Part shown: piece after piece, positions 47,001-57,305 of the stretch
Layout: each line of letters opens with the position of its first letter
Position numbering within the stretch: the stretch's first letter is position 1
Source: a virus
Taxonomy: Duplodnaviria; Caudoviricetes
Length of the DNA: 64,000 nt
Direction: 5' to 3' (one strand)
Virus record (IMG/VR): IMGVR_UViG_3300014019_000011
Location: 1 to 64,000 of that record
The notes under the pieces: generated by a model
Databases searched by the model: none
What the model saw: the letters and a program-made list of their open reading frames with translations, nothing else
What the model was told of the DNA's origin: nothing
Program-made: the position numbers and the translations under genes

Positions 47001-47315
47001 TCAGGTCGGGCGGCCGAGGCGCTGAAGAACGGCGAGCATGACCGCATCGGAGATCCACATCGCACTGACCCCGATCAGGAAGCCGACCGCGCCGAAGGTG
47101 GCGAGCGGATCGTCGGGCAGCGGCACGGCGACGGATCGAAGCAGGTGGACGCCCGTAGCGGTCAGATAGCCGGCCGCAAGCGCCCCGCAGAAAGGCGAGA
47201 CGATGCGCTCGCGCAGGGAATGGCGCGTCGAGGAAAGCGCCCGCAGCAATCCGCCCGCCCCGCCCGCGGCGAGGTAAAGCGGGTTCAATCCCAGCGCCTC
47301 GAGGAAGTCCTTCAT
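47001..47315 (-). CDS. Holin-like membrane protein
   Basis: ATG 47315; three hydrophobic segments; end of the lysis cassette. Confidence 0.7.
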   Translation of the reverse strand: MKDFLEALGLNPLYLAAGGAGGLLRALSSTRHSLRERIVSPFCGALAAGYLTATGVHLLRSVAVPLPDDPLATFGAVGFLIGVSAMWISDAVMLAVLQRLGRPT

Positions 47316-47845
47316 TCCTTGCTCCTCAGCGCCGCCGCGCCGCGCAGCACCGTGTTGCCGCCCATGTAGAGCCCGACGAAGGTCAGGAAGACCTGGAAGA
47401 AGTCCGGCCAGCCGATCACCAGGGTGATGCCCTGCCGCGCGCCCAGTGCCGCCAGCAGCGTGTTGAGCAGCGGCACGATTGCCGCATACCAGGCCACAAG
47501 GCCGAGCATCAGCCACATGCCAGCCGGCCGCCAGAGCCAGCCGAACGGCGTTTCCTTCTTCATCTCCTCGATCATCAGCCGGTTCGCTTCCCGCTGCTGG
47601 GCGTTCCAGGCGGTGACGAGCTCGGGCGTTTCCGCCTCGACGGCCGCTACGGCCTGTTCGAGCTGAGGGGCCGGAACCGCCTGAAGCTCGCCGGCAGGTA
47701 CGCCGGCCTTCTCGGCGATCGCATCGATGACGACGCTGCCGAGCTCGCCGGCCGTGCCGCCGACATGCTTCTCGAGGATCGACTTGACGATCGGCGCGCC
47801 GACCTTCGCGGCCGCGCCCAGGAGGATGGAGACGATCGGGCTCAT
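47312..47845 (-). CDS. 3TM holin family protein
   Basis: WLWRPA motif, two C-terminal TMs, LYMGG ending. Confidence 0.75.
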   Translation of the reverse strand: MSPIVSILLGAAAKVGAPIVKSILEKHVGGTAGELGSVVIDAIAEKAGVPAGELQAVPAPQLEQAVAAVEAETPELVTAWNAQQREANRLMIEEMKKETPFGWLWRPAGMWLMLGLVAWYAAIVPLLNTLLAALGARQGITLVIGWPDFFQVFLTFVGLYMGGNTVLRGAAALRSKE

Positions 47846-48594
47846 GCTGCAGCTCCCGCATAGGCCTGCGCACGCGCGTCGTGTGCCCGTTTCTTCACAT
47901 AAAGGATCAAAGCAACAACGATCGCGATCGCCGCGATGCCGCCGAGCACCCAGAGCGCCGCCGCATCCATGCCGCCAGCGTCGACCGCCGCACCGCCGCC
48001 GGCTGTTGCTCCGGCGCCCCCTGTCGTCTTTGCCGTGGCGTCAGCCGTCTTCGCCGCCTTATTCGCCGCCTCGGCCTCGGCGGCGGCATCGGCGCGGATC
48101 CGCGCGTCCGACACCCCCATGAAGGCGAGTGCCATGGCAACGCCTTTCACCTCGATATCGGCAACCCGCCGGCCCCAGCCTTTCCCGAAGGTCTTCCAGA
48201 TCTTCAGCGCCTGCATGAAGGACAGACGCGCCCGGCAGATTTTCCGGACCGTCACCGAATGATCGCTCGAACCAACCGAAGCCTTGAGCCACTTGATGCC
48301 CCGGCTGACACCGGAATTGACGGCAGCGTCGTAGGTGGCGAGGTCGACACCGGGCACCAGGTGATATTTCTCCACCGTCGGGTTCCAGTAGTCCTCGCGG
48401 TAGATCGTCAGCACCTCTGCATCCGTGATCGTCTTGACGTTACGGCTCGGCTTGCCGCGCCTCTTCAGCCACTCAGTGAATTTCGCTTGGGTGACGCCCT
48501 TCATGGTCGCACCGCCGGGATCATCCTTATGGTTGCTATACAGCCCTTCGTGCCCGGCGGTGATCGCGTGGCAGATGGAAAAGCGGTCTGGCAT
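47842..48594 (-). CDS. Endolysin, GH108 with C-terminal TM
   Basis: HEGLYSNHKDDPGGATMKGVT; FGKGWGRRV. Confidence 0.9.
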   Translation of the reverse strand: MPDRFSICHAITAGHEGLYSNHKDDPGGATMKGVTQAKFTEWLKRRGKPSRNVKTITDAEVLTIYREDYWNPTVEKYHLVPGVDLATYDAAVNSGVSRGIKWLKASVGSSDHSVTVRKICRARLSFMQALKIWKTFGKGWGRRVADIEVKGVAMALAFMGVSDARIRADAAAEAEAANKAAKTADATAKTTGGAGATAGGGAAVDAGGMDAAALWVLGGIAAIAIVVALILYVKKRAHDARAQAYAGAAA

Positions 48595-48667
48595 GAAAAC
48601 GGCTCTGGCCTGGTTGAAGTGGAGCCGAGTGTAAGAGGCCGTGGATGTGGTCAAATGCGCTGGGAGA

Positions 48668-49093
48668 TTACAGCGCGTGGCAGAGACGCCAGAAGTCGTC
48701 CACCTCAGCTTCCGTCATGGACTGCGCCATGGCGAAGATCAGCACGAGCGGATGCGAGCGGAAGAATGATCCCGCCCCGAGGAGAAGCATCGTAGCCTCG
48801 AAGGCGGCTTCCTCGTCTGTCATTCCATCGACGATAGCCTGAATGGCGGAAGGAAGGGCCGAGCCTTGGATGAAAGCAATCGCTTCCTGCTTCGTGATCA
48901 ACCCGGCGACCGCAAGGCCCTGGCAGAACTGCCTGCGGGAGATTTCGTCCGGTACGGGAACGACGATCGGCCCAGGCGGCAACATCGGGATTTCGATGGT
49001 GCCCTCCGGCCATCCATTCATGATCTCGTCCGAAGGCTCTGAGATCGTGACCCATTCGTTACCGGCCGGATCGCGCCATCTTTTCTCGGTCAT
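48668..49093 (-). CDS. Tail fibre assembly chaperone
   Basis: Directly downstream of the fibre; ISRRQF...RSHPLV...DDFW. Confidence 0.7.
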   Translation of the reverse strand: MTEKRWRDPAGNEWVTISEPSDEIMNGWPEGTIEIPMLPPGPIVVPVPDEISRRQFCQGLAVAGLITKQEAIAFIQGSALPSAIQAIVDGMTDEEAAFEATMLLLGAGSFFRSHPLVLIFAMAQSMTEAEVDDFWRLCHAL

Positions 49094-50475
49094 GCTCGCA
49101 TCTCCATAACTGTCCACGTCCCCGAGCCAATACGGTAGTACCATCCAGGCGGCACTACTGTGAAAACGGTAAAGTCGTTGGCGCCAAACTGGACGGGGCT
49201 GGTCATGCCTGAATTGTTGGCAAGTTCAATGATTGCCCCGTTAGCCGTTCGGTTCCCGTTCAACGGAAGAAACTTGCCTGTCGTGTTCTGATAAACTGTA
49301 CTCGGAGTGCGGGTTACGACCTGCCACGTCCCCCAGCTCCAGAGAGGTGCAGCATCCTGCTCGCTGACCGGCGGCCCGTTTGTGCCGGAAGCCCGGACAA
49401 GGCGTCCGAGGAGCCGTTTACGGTCGTAGTTGGCTGGCATCGTTGGAGCAGTGCTGGATAGCGAGAACAGTGCATCGGTGACGAGCGTATCCGACCGCTG
49501 GATGAGCCAGATGTAGTAGGTGTTGTTACCAAGCGTTCCTGTGTCCAAGCCGCCTTGGTTCGTGCCTACGACCCATGCCGCATCAATCCGCTTTGTGAAG
49601 GATGAGGTGAGCTGCATCAGGTAGAATGGAGATGCGTCGGACGCCGCTGCGCCTAGCGCTATGTCAATGTCGTTCGCTGCGTCGGAAGCATTCGTCGTCA
49701 GCGCGAGGCCAAAGCTGTAGCCTTGGAGTTGCGGGCCGGAAAGCGGCGTTCCGAACACTGATGCCTGAAAAGTCGTTGTTCCCGTCTTGAAAATTTCCGC
49801 TTTCTGGCCCGGCTGGAGGATGAGCGTCGTCCCGCCATTGATAGTATCCGTCGAAGCGGGATCGATCGTCACGTTGCCGGTGGAATCGTTCCATACCTCA
49901 ATGCGCCAGTTCGTGCGCAGGTTGGCCGTTACGTCGAGCGAGAGCGTCGCGGCAGCCGTGAAGCGGATCGAGGCGAGATAGTCGGCATCGAGCGCAGTGT
50001 AATTCGCCGACTTCGCAACAATCGTCGGATAGATCGTCACCGGCGGAAGGCTGTTCACGTCAGCGAAGAAGGCCGTTCCGTCGCAATAGACGATGGCCGA
50101 CTCTCCTTGCTTCAGGACGAGCGTGGCGTCTCCGTTGATCGTCTCGGCCGCATCTGGGTCAATCGTCACGTCCCCGCCCACGGCCATGACGGCGCAATGC
50201 CAGTCCACGCCGAGTGTGGCCGCCGCGGTCAGCGACAGGGTAGCGGCAGCAGTGAAGCGGAGAGTTGCATTGTTGTCGTTCGCAACCGCCGTGTATGCGC
50301 CGGACTTCGAGGCCAGCACGACGCCGTTGTCGAGATCCCGCCGAAGGATCGCCATGATCGTGCGGAAGGCATTGTCGAAGTTGGACACGGCATTTGTTCC
50401 GAGAATGCCGATACCTCCGATATCGCTGTTGTCGCCGGCTGTCGTGGAGAAGTCCAGAAAGGTGTTCTTTGCCAT
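49090..50475 (-). CDS. Tail fibre protein
   Basis: N-terminal anchor (AGDN...FDNAFRTIMA), two ~95-aa tandem domains, DIDIALG module, short C-terminal head. Confidence 0.8.
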   Translation of the reverse strand: MAKNTFLDFSTTAGDNSDIGGIGILGTNAVSNFDNAFRTIMAILRRDLDNGVVLASKSGAYTAVANDNNATLRFTAAATLSLTAAATLGVDWHCAVMAVGGDVTIDPDAAETINGDATLVLKQGESAIVYCDGTAFFADVNSLPPVTIYPTIVAKSANYTALDADYLASIRFTAAATLSLDVTANLRTNWRIEVWNDSTGNVTIDPASTDTINGGTTLILQPGQKAEIFKTGTTTFQASVFGTPLSGPQLQGYSFGLALTTNASDAANDIDIALGAAASDASPFYLMQLTSSFTKRIDAAWVVGTNQGGLDTGTLGNNTYYIWLIQRSDTLVTDALFSLSSTAPTMPANYDRKRLLGRLVRASGTNGPPVSEQDAAPLWSWGTWQVVTRTPSTVYQNTTGKFLPLNGNRTANGAIIELANNSGMTSPVQFGANDFTVFTVVPPGWYYRIGSGTWTVMEMRA

Positions 50476-50484
50476 GGGTGCCTC

Positions 50485-52644
50485 TTAATAAAGCCCGACG
50501 CTGCCCTTCGAGACAGCAGAGCGGTATTGGCCAGAAGACTGCGCGACCGAGCGGCCGTAGTCGGTCTGCTTGCCGTCGCCGTAGACCGGCCCCTTCGGCG
50601 CAGCCGGGAAGCCGTTGGCTGTCGTCACGGTGTTCATAAGCTGGTTGCCGAGATAGCCGCCGAGGAGCGCGCCGAGCGGGCCGGCGACCAGGCCGCCGAG
50701 AATGCCACCGCCAAGCGGTCCGATGCCGTTCTTGAATGCAGAGGCGAGTTGCGCCTTGCGGTTCACACCCTGCGCGGCGGTCCTCATTTGCTGATCGGCA
50801 ACCATGCCGTATTCGTCGGGAGACAGGAGCCCGACTTGCCGCGTGGTGCGGCGCGTGGTCGTCTGCGGGCTCGATATCGTCTTTGCCGTTGCGGGCCCTT
50901 CGACCATGGCAGCCGTTTCGACAGGCGAGGCCAGAAGTCCAGGGGTGATGGTCTGGACTTTGACCGGTGCCACGCCGAACTGATTGGCTGCCGTCAGCGC
51001 CGGGTTCGGACCAACGATACCAGTATATTCGGTCTCGTTGAGCGGCGCGGAGATATCGCGCAGCGGGGACGATACCGCGCTCACCGGCACTGTGCTCGTC
51101 AGGGTCGGGGAAACGCCCGTGAGACTAACCGCCGCTTTGACATTCGAAGGGTAGGATTCAGGCGTGGCAACAGCGGGCGTCAAACGGCTGGTCTTGGGGC
51201 TCACAGACGAACTGCGCTCAACAGCCTGCGAGAAACCGCTGTCGAGAGGGCTGGAAACGGTCTGCGCACCGGCAAGCACGCCCTTGGCCGCATCGCGACG
51301 AGCAAGGGCGTCCTGCCGCTGCCTGTCGCTCAGCGCAAGCGTGGCGGGGGCACGGGCCGCATTATCCGCCGTGAGCGCAGATCGAAGCCCATCCCGGCCC
51401 TGAGCTACCTCGGCATTGTCCATCATGCGCGACTGAACGCCTGTGTTCACGCCGGCTCCCGATAGGTTGAGGCTCGGCGTTTGGCGCATCGTGTCCGCTA
51501 GAAGGCCGTAGCCGCGCTTTTGCTGGTCGAGGGATGCGGCGCCAGCGTCGGGCAACGAACGGCGCTCCACCGCCATTGGAGCGGCAGAATTCCACGCTTC
51601 CGGCCGCGCCTCTGGGGTCGGTACGCGCGCGGACGTGTCGAAGCCGACCACGCTGCGGGGGTCAACCTTCCGCCCCTCTTGGTCAATCGTCTCGAAATGC
51701 AAATGAGGACCTGCCGAACGGCCGGTGTTTCCCACTACCCCGACGGGCGTCCCGCGGGCGACTTCATCGCCGATGGCGACGTTGCCAATCTCTGCCAGAT
51801 GCCCATAGCGAGTTCGCATGCCGTCGGGATGGGTAATCTCGACCATGTTCCCATAGCCTTGCCTTGGGCCGGCGTAGCTCACCACCCCACCGGCGGCAGC
51901 CTCAACGGGATATCCAGAAGCACCAGGCCCGAGCGACATATCCAACCCGGCGTGAAAGCTCGATCCAACTCCAAACGGCGTTCGCGGCGCAGCACGGTTA
52001 CCGTACTCGCTGGTGATGCGGTCGCCCAAGGCGCCGAACGGTGAACCGTACCCTTCGCGGGCGCTTGACAAGAGGCCGCCAGAAGCCGCCGCACCGGCGA
52101 TCTCACCTTCCCGCGACAGCGCCCCGGCGAGGGCTTGCTGTGGTGTCGCCGAATATCCTCCGGAGAGGCTGTCGAACGGAGACGAGCCGACAGCGGCCCG
52201 TGCCTCGGGCGCATAGCTTGCAAGCGTGACAGAGCCAGAAGGCTCAACGTATCCCTGCGCGGTGCGGATCGCCCGGTTCTGCGGGTCCGAAAAATAGTGA
52301 TGCCCGGCCGTCGTCGTTTCGGCTTCCAGGCCACCCGGCAGGTTCCCCGCAGCGCGCGGCGTGGCATAGTACGTCGCATTGTGGATCGGCCCGCTTTCCT
52401 GCACTTCACGCAACGCGCGTTCCGCTAGGGCGCGGTATTTCTCGACGCCAGCAGGAAATGCCCTGCCATAGGCGTTGAACTGCGACTGGACGCGCACCAC
52501 GTCTTTCAGCGGTACGCCGGTCTGAACCGCCCGATTGTGGATGACGGATGCGATTGCCTTCATATCCTGAAAGCGCTCGGCGGGCGTCTTGCCTCCGGCT
52601 TCTGCCATGATCGTGTCGACAACGCTTGTGACTTTCGCCATCAA
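50485..52644 (-). CDS. Virion peptidoglycan hydrolase: SleB-like N-domain plus M23 endopeptidase
   Basis: MAEA...ASVIHNR...QFNAY...ATYY; HAGLD...YGHL...GPHLHFE. Confidence 0.82.
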   Translation of the reverse strand: MMAKVTSVVDTIMAEAGGKTPAERFQDMKAIASVIHNRAVQTGVPLKDVVRVQSQFNAYGRAFPAGVEKYRALAERALREVQESGPIHNATYYATPRAAGNLPGGLEAETTTAGHHYFSDPQNRAIRTAQGYVEPSGSVTLASYAPEARAAVGSSPFDSLSGGYSATPQQALAGALSREGEIAGAAASGGLLSSAREGYGSPFGALGDRITSEYGNRAAPRTPFGVGSSFHAGLDMSLGPGASGYPVEAAAGGVVSYAGPRQGYGNMVEITHPDGMRTRYGHLAEIGNVAIGDEVARGTPVGVVGNTGRSAGPHLHFETIDQEGRKVDPRSVVGFDTSARVPTPEARPEAWNSAAPMAVERRSLPDAGAASLDQQKRGYGLLADTMRQTPSLNLSGAGVNTGVQSRMMDNAEVAQGRDGLRSALTADNAARAPATLALSDRQRQDALARRDAAKGVLAGAQTVSSPLDSGFSQAVERSSSVSPKTSRLTPAVATPESYPSNVKAAVSLTGVSPTLTSTVPVSAVSSPLRDISAPLNETEYTGIVGPNPALTAANQFGVAPVKVQTITPGLLASPVETAAMVEGPATAKTISSPQTTTRRTTRQVGLLSPDEYGMVADQQMRTAAQGVNRKAQLASAFKNGIGPLGGGILGGLVAGPLGALLGGYLGNQLMNTVTTANGFPAAPKGPVYGDGKQTDYGRSVAQSSGQYRSAVSKGSVGLY

Positions 52645-52721
52645 GGCCTCCAGGAGAAATCGGCTTGAAATTGGAAAGGGCGGGTGTAGGCTTTTTCGCC
52701 TATCGCCCGAAGGACCGAACG

Positions 52722-53054
52722 ATGAAGCTCACCGTCCTATCTTTGCTTGCCGCTGCGCTGGGTCTCGCACCTTCAGCTTGGGCAAAGGACATGTATTATC
52801 CGACCTATGGCGGCCCCGATGGAGCAATCGTCGAGTTCAAGAAGGGCGGCTTTTACATCACGCAATTCGATGAAAATGGCGACTACACGTATGATTGCGA
52901 GAAGATCAGCAGCCTGAGCCCTTCCATGCATTGGGCGCAGTGCAAGGGCGGCGAAAAATTCCTGTTCACGCTCGATCCGAAACACCCAGAGACGATGAAG
53001 ATCGGCGATATCGTTTACACTGCCTGCGGAAAGACCGGCGAGAAGTGCAATTGA
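52722..53054 (+). CDS. Secreted Cys-containing moron protein
   Basis: Signal peptide MKLTVLSLLAAALGLAPSAWA; opposite strand. Confidence 0.7.
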   Translation: MKLTVLSLLAAALGLAPSAWAKDMYYPTYGGPDGAIVEFKKGGFYITQFDENGDYTYDCEKISSLSPSMHWAQCKGGEKFLFTLDPKHPETMKIGDIVYTACGKTGEKCN

Positions 53055-53070
53055 CCGACTTCTTTCCTCA

Positions 53071-53325
53071 ATGGCTTCGTGTATGGTGCGCGGGATGAGC
53101 GAGCGCCCAAACAAGAAGCGAGACGACTGGATCACCCGAGCGCAGGCGCGCGACAAGTGGTTCCCTCTCTCTATGCTGGCTGTCGCCATCGGCGTGTACA
53201 TCGCCCGTGAAGGCTCCTTGTTAAAATATAGTCACGGGCTGATCGACAGCATTTTCGGCATTCTCATTTTGGCATTCATCGCCTGGTGCCTCTGGCCCTC
53301 CAGCAAGGATGACCAGGAAGAGTGA
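53071..53325 (+). CDS. Two-TM membrane moron protein
   Basis: Two hydrophobic helices; opposite strand; start may be 53095. Confidence 0.6.
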   Translation: MASCMVRGMSERPNKKRDDWITRAQARDKWFPLSMLAVAIGVYIAREGSLLKYSHGLIDSIFGILILAFIAWCLWPSSKDDQEE

Positions 53326-55389
53326 TCACTCAGCCGCAACCGCCATCGGCGCGGTGACGGCGAGCGCCCTCGACAGGAACGACGTGAGCGCCTGCCGCTT
53401 CTGCTCCGCAGAAAGCTTGAGCTGGTCTAGACGCTGAAGTTCCCGAACGATCTGCATCTTGCTCGTCGACGAGCTCGCCATCAGTCGCTTTGCCACTTCA
53501 TCGGCCACGTCGGGCGTCATTCCGCCGAGCATCCGCAGTCGAGATCCGATGAAGCTCAACGTCGCATTGACCGGGCCGCCGGTCGCGAGGTTCTTCACCG
53601 TGTCGAGACCTTCCTTGAGGCCGCCGGCTTCAGCCATGTCGATGCCCTGCCGGACGGTCGTGCTGTTCCCCGTCACCGCCTGATAGGTGGCGCGCTTGCG
53701 AGCCTCGTCGAAGATGGTCTTGCGGAACTCGGCGAACTTCTCCGGGCTTTCGAAGAGCGTTTGCAGGTTCTTCATCTGCGCCGGGCGCGAGAAGACGCGC
53801 AGGATGGCGTTGTTCGTCACGCCGGCCTGGTCGATCTGGTTGCGCAAGGTTTCCGCGGCGCCGATCCGCGCGCTCGCCTTCTGCGCCGGCCCCATGTTCG
53901 CCACTTCCCGCTTTAGCGCTTCCGGCGACATGCGGAACACCTCGCGGCCGGTTTCCAGCGCCTTGTCCAGTTCGGCCTTTCCAGCCCACGCGCTGCGCGC
54001 CGCCGCATAGTCCGGGTTCAGCCTGTCCACTTCGGACAGCATGCGGTTCTTCAGGCCGACGAGGATGCGGCCCTCGTTCGTCACCTTCTTGGTGATGCTG
54101 TCGGTCTCGCGCTCGATCATGTCGTCCATGGCGCGCTTGATATAGTCCCACCCGCGCGTATCCGGCACGCGGCGCACCACGTTTCCGTTCTGGGTGACGT
54201 TCACGAACATCTGCTTGAACGGCACCTGTTCATTCCCGGCCAGCGTCTCGGCGTGGCGCAGCGCGGTCTTTCCGGCCGGCGTCTCAAGGATATCCTCAAG
54301 CGTCCTGGTGAAGTGCACCGGCTTGGAATACGCCTGCCGATAGAGAGGACCTGCTGCCTTCTCCGCTGCGTCCGCAATCGCATCTTTGGCAGCCAGATAG
54401 CCATCCGGGTCCGCGAACGTCTGCGAGATAGCCGACTTCAGCCGATCCCCCTGCCCGAACTGGCGAAGCGTCACCTGCGCCTGAACGCGGCCCCGAGCCT
54501 TACCCGGGATGTTGGTGGCCGTCCTCAACAGGTCTCGCGTGGATTCACCGCCGACATCGGCAAGCGTCAGGTTGTTGCCGTTCGCCATGCGCTGGCCGGC
54601 CTGATCGATGGGCATGCGCGACGTGACGCGCTCGGCAACCTTCTCGGCGGCGTAGCGGGCGGGATTGACGCGGGCCTTCACCGCATCGACGAATGGCTTT
54701 GCCACGGCGCGGCCGACCTCCGTTACGACCGGAACCGCAGCGCCACCGGCCGCCCCCATCAGGATGCCTTGCCCGACGTCGGTATCATTGCCGGCTGCCG
54801 AGAGACCGCCGTATCCAGCGCCCTCGATGCCGAGGAGGCCGGCACGAGCCGCAAGGCCCTTCGCGCCGGTCATCGCGCCCGTGCCGAAGCGGCCGGCGAG
54901 CGTCAGGCCCTTGCTTGCCGCTGCCATCGGGGCTGCAAGCGCTCCGCCAATTTCAGCGACGGTTCCCACTGCCCCCGCACGATCACGCGCGTCCTGCGTC
55001 GAGCCCTTCATTTTCGCCAGTTCTTTGTCGTATCCCTCGCCGGTGACGGCGGAGCGAAGAGCGGCGGCGCCCTTGTTGCCGTAGCCCATGGTGATGCCGT
55101 TGGCGGCGAGGTCGACAAGATCGCCAGCCGCGACAATCGGCTTCTTCCACTCCGGAAGGCGGTCGAAACGGGCCTGTGCAAGGCTGTCGATAGAGGCATC
55201 GCCGAACTTGTTCGACAAGCGGGAGAGCTCGTCGCGCGTGTCCTTCGACACCTGGCTTTCCGGCGCTTCGGTGATACCGAGCTGGCTGGCGATCTCCTCG
55301 ACCGTGGCGTTCTGCTGTTCCGGCGAAAGCTTGAGGAAGCTCTCGTCGACCTGCACGCGCTTGCCGTTGATGTTGAGTGTAGGCATCAT
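53326..55389 (-). CDS. DNA ejection protein (P22 gp16 position)
   Basis: Large Ala-rich helical protein, last of three ejection genes. Confidence 0.7.
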   Translation of the reverse strand: MMPTLNINGKRVQVDESFLKLSPEQQNATVEEIASQLGITEAPESQVSKDTRDELSRLSNKFGDASIDSLAQARFDRLPEWKKPIVAAGDLVDLAANGITMGYGNKGAAALRSAVTGEGYDKELAKMKGSTQDARDRAGAVGTVAEIGGALAAPMAAASKGLTLAGRFGTGAMTGAKGLAARAGLLGIEGAGYGGLSAAGNDTDVGQGILMGAAGGAAVPVVTEVGRAVAKPFVDAVKARVNPARYAAEKVAERVTSRMPIDQAGQRMANGNNLTLADVGGESTRDLLRTATNIPGKARGRVQAQVTLRQFGQGDRLKSAISQTFADPDGYLAAKDAIADAAEKAAGPLYRQAYSKPVHFTRTLEDILETPAGKTALRHAETLAGNEQVPFKQMFVNVTQNGNVVRRVPDTRGWDYIKRAMDDMIERETDSITKKVTNEGRILVGLKNRMLSEVDRLNPDYAAARSAWAGKAELDKALETGREVFRMSPEALKREVANMGPAQKASARIGAAETLRNQIDQAGVTNNAILRVFSRPAQMKNLQTLFESPEKFAEFRKTIFDEARKRATYQAVTGNSTTVRQGIDMAEAGGLKEGLDTVKNLATGGPVNATLSFIGSRLRMLGGMTPDVADEVAKRLMASSSTSKMQIVRELQRLDQLKLSAEQKRQALTSFLSRALAVTAPMAVAAE

Positions 55390-56438
55390 TCAACCTCCCA
55401 CTGGATACCGGACGAGGTGCGGGCACCGCTGGAACCGGAGGTGTCACCGCCGCCGACGGGATTCCCTCCGCCTGCAGCTCGCTTCCGCGCAGTCTCAAGC
55501 GCGCGCTGTACAACGCCGCGCAGTTCGTTCAGCGCGGAACGGTAATCCTGCTCGTTCTGCGCAGTATTGAGGCGCGCCATGGCTGCCGTCGCCTTCGCGC
55601 CCTCGACTTCGGTGATCTGTCCGGCGCCGCGCAGCTTGTCGAACGCCTGCAAGAACGACTGACCGCCAATCTGGTCCATTTTCGACTGCACACGGGCGGC
55701 ACTGCTGGAGAAGTTCGGCCGCCAGCTATCGACCGCGCCGACCATGCTGTCGAGGTAGGGGTCCTTGTCCAGGCTGTCTATCGCCGTCAGAAGTTCGCGG
55801 GCGTTGTCTTCAATCGAGGGAAGCGCATCACGCGCTTCGGATAGCGCCTTGCCCTGCCCCTTCTGGGTCTCCGCCCCGGATAGATCCTTCGGAATCTGCC
55901 CGACCGGCTGGCGCGTGATCGGGTCGAGCAGCACGAAATGCGTGCCGGCGTCCATCTTGATCGGCTCCTTCGACAGCGTGACGCCGGAAGGAAGCGGCGT
56001 CTGCTTCGACGTTCCGCTCTTGCTGAGCTGAAGAATGACCGGATTTCCATTGGCATCAACGCCGTACTGCGGATTGAGGCCGTACTCGGCATCACCGCCG
56101 CCCGCGCCGGCCGGAGGAGCAACCCACTCGCCCGTCTGCGTGTTGTAGATGTTCTTCCCGACGGCCATGAAGTTGTTGCGCGGCTTGGCTGCCTCAAGCT
56201 TCTGCTGATAGGCCAGCTTCCACGCATCGCCGGCCGTGAGAGCGCCCGACTGGACGGCCTGCGCCAGTTCCGGGTTCGTCTTCTGGAGCCACGCTACCGT
56301 CTTATTGGCATTCATCGCATTGGAGAGGCCCTGCGCGCCAAGGGCGGCCTGCTCCGTCCCTGTCTTGCCGGAGAGCAGCCCAAGGCCAAGCTGAGTGAGG
56401 CCGGTGCTATTGTTGCGAAGGAAGTCCATCGGTGCCAT
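55386..56438 (-). CDS. DNA ejection protein (gp20 position)
   Basis: LRGAGQITEVEGAKA motif; synteny. Confidence 0.7.
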   Translation of the reverse strand: MAPMDFLRNNSTGLTQLGLGLLSGKTGTEQAALGAQGLSNAMNANKTVAWLQKTNPELAQAVQSGALTAGDAWKLAYQQKLEAAKPRNNFMAVGKNIYNTQTGEWVAPPAGAGGGDAEYGLNPQYGVDANGNPVILQLSKSGTSKQTPLPSGVTLSKEPIKMDAGTHFVLLDPITRQPVGQIPKDLSGAETQKGQGKALSEARDALPSIEDNARELLTAIDSLDKDPYLDSMVGAVDSWRPNFSSSAARVQSKMDQIGGQSFLQAFDKLRGAGQITEVEGAKATAAMARLNTAQNEQDYRSALNELRGVVQRALETARKRAAGGGNPVGGGDTSGSSGARTSSGIQWEVE

Positions 56439-56450
56439 GAGCGCCGCTCC

Positions 56451-57305
56451 TTAGAAAAGACCGCCGAGAAGGCCAAGGCCGGTGGTGCCGTAGCCGAGCG
56501 CCGTCAGGAACGGGTTCTGGCCTGGCTGCGTCTGTGTCGTCGTCCCGCCAAGCTGGCCGGCGCCCGAGGCGATGGCGTTGAGCTTGCTGATCTGGTTCCA
56601 CGGCGCGTTGTTCGTGTCGTTGAAGATGCGAAGCTCGTCGTTCTTCATACGGGTCGCCAGATCCTCATCCATTGCCCCGAGCTGCATCAGGTCCGTCGCC
56701 GGCAGCTTCAGGCCTTCATAGGCCGAACCGAGGTTCTGGAAGCCGCTGTTGCCCATGTTGAACAGACTGGTGTTCGCCGCATCGCGCCGGTTCTGCCAAT
56801 CGCTATATTCCTGGCCGACCATGCGGGACGTAAGGTCTCCGATGGTGCTGCCGAGCGTATCCTGGTGGATGCCCGAGCCATATCGACCAGCGCCGCCAGC
56901 GTTCAGGTTGACGGCATCGCGCGCCGAATCCTGCGCCTGCCTCAAGACCTGCTGGAATGCCGGATTGGCGTTGATATCGAAGCTCGAATTGGCGATAGCC
57001 CGCGTGTTATTCACGGCATCCATTTGCGGCGCGGTGAAGCCGCCGTTGTTGATCACGTCCTGGAACTGCCCGGAGATCCCGGCGCCACTCGAATTCGCGT
57101 TCGCCGCGTTCGAGATCATGCCCATGGCATTCTGTGTGTTCTGGCTCCACGGCGTAACCGTCGATCCGGTATACACCGACTTCGCGCCGGTCGGGTCCGC
57201 CTTAAATGCGTCCTCCGCCGCCTTCAGCCCGGTCTTGAGCGCGGGTTGCGCAGCAGCCCAAGGGGCATTGCTCGCCGTCGTCGTGGTCTTGCTGCTGCCG
57301 CTCAT
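56451..57305 (-). CDS. DNA ejection protein (gp7 position)
   Basis: MSGSSKTTT start, Gln/Asn/Gly-rich, hydrophobic C-terminus. Confidence 0.7.
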   Translation of the reverse strand: MSGSSKTTTTASNAPWAAAQPALKTGLKAAEDAFKADPTGAKSVYTGSTVTPWSQNTQNAMGMISNAANANSSGAGISGQFQDVINNGGFTAPQMDAVNNTRAIANSSFDINANPAFQQVLRQAQDSARDAVNLNAGGAGRYGSGIHQDTLGSTIGDLTSRMVGQEYSDWQNRRDAANTSLFNMGNSGFQNLGSAYEGLKLPATDLMQLGAMDEDLATRMKNDELRIFNDTNNAPWNQISKLNAIASGAGQLGGTTTQTQPGQNPFLTALGYGTTGLGLLGGLF

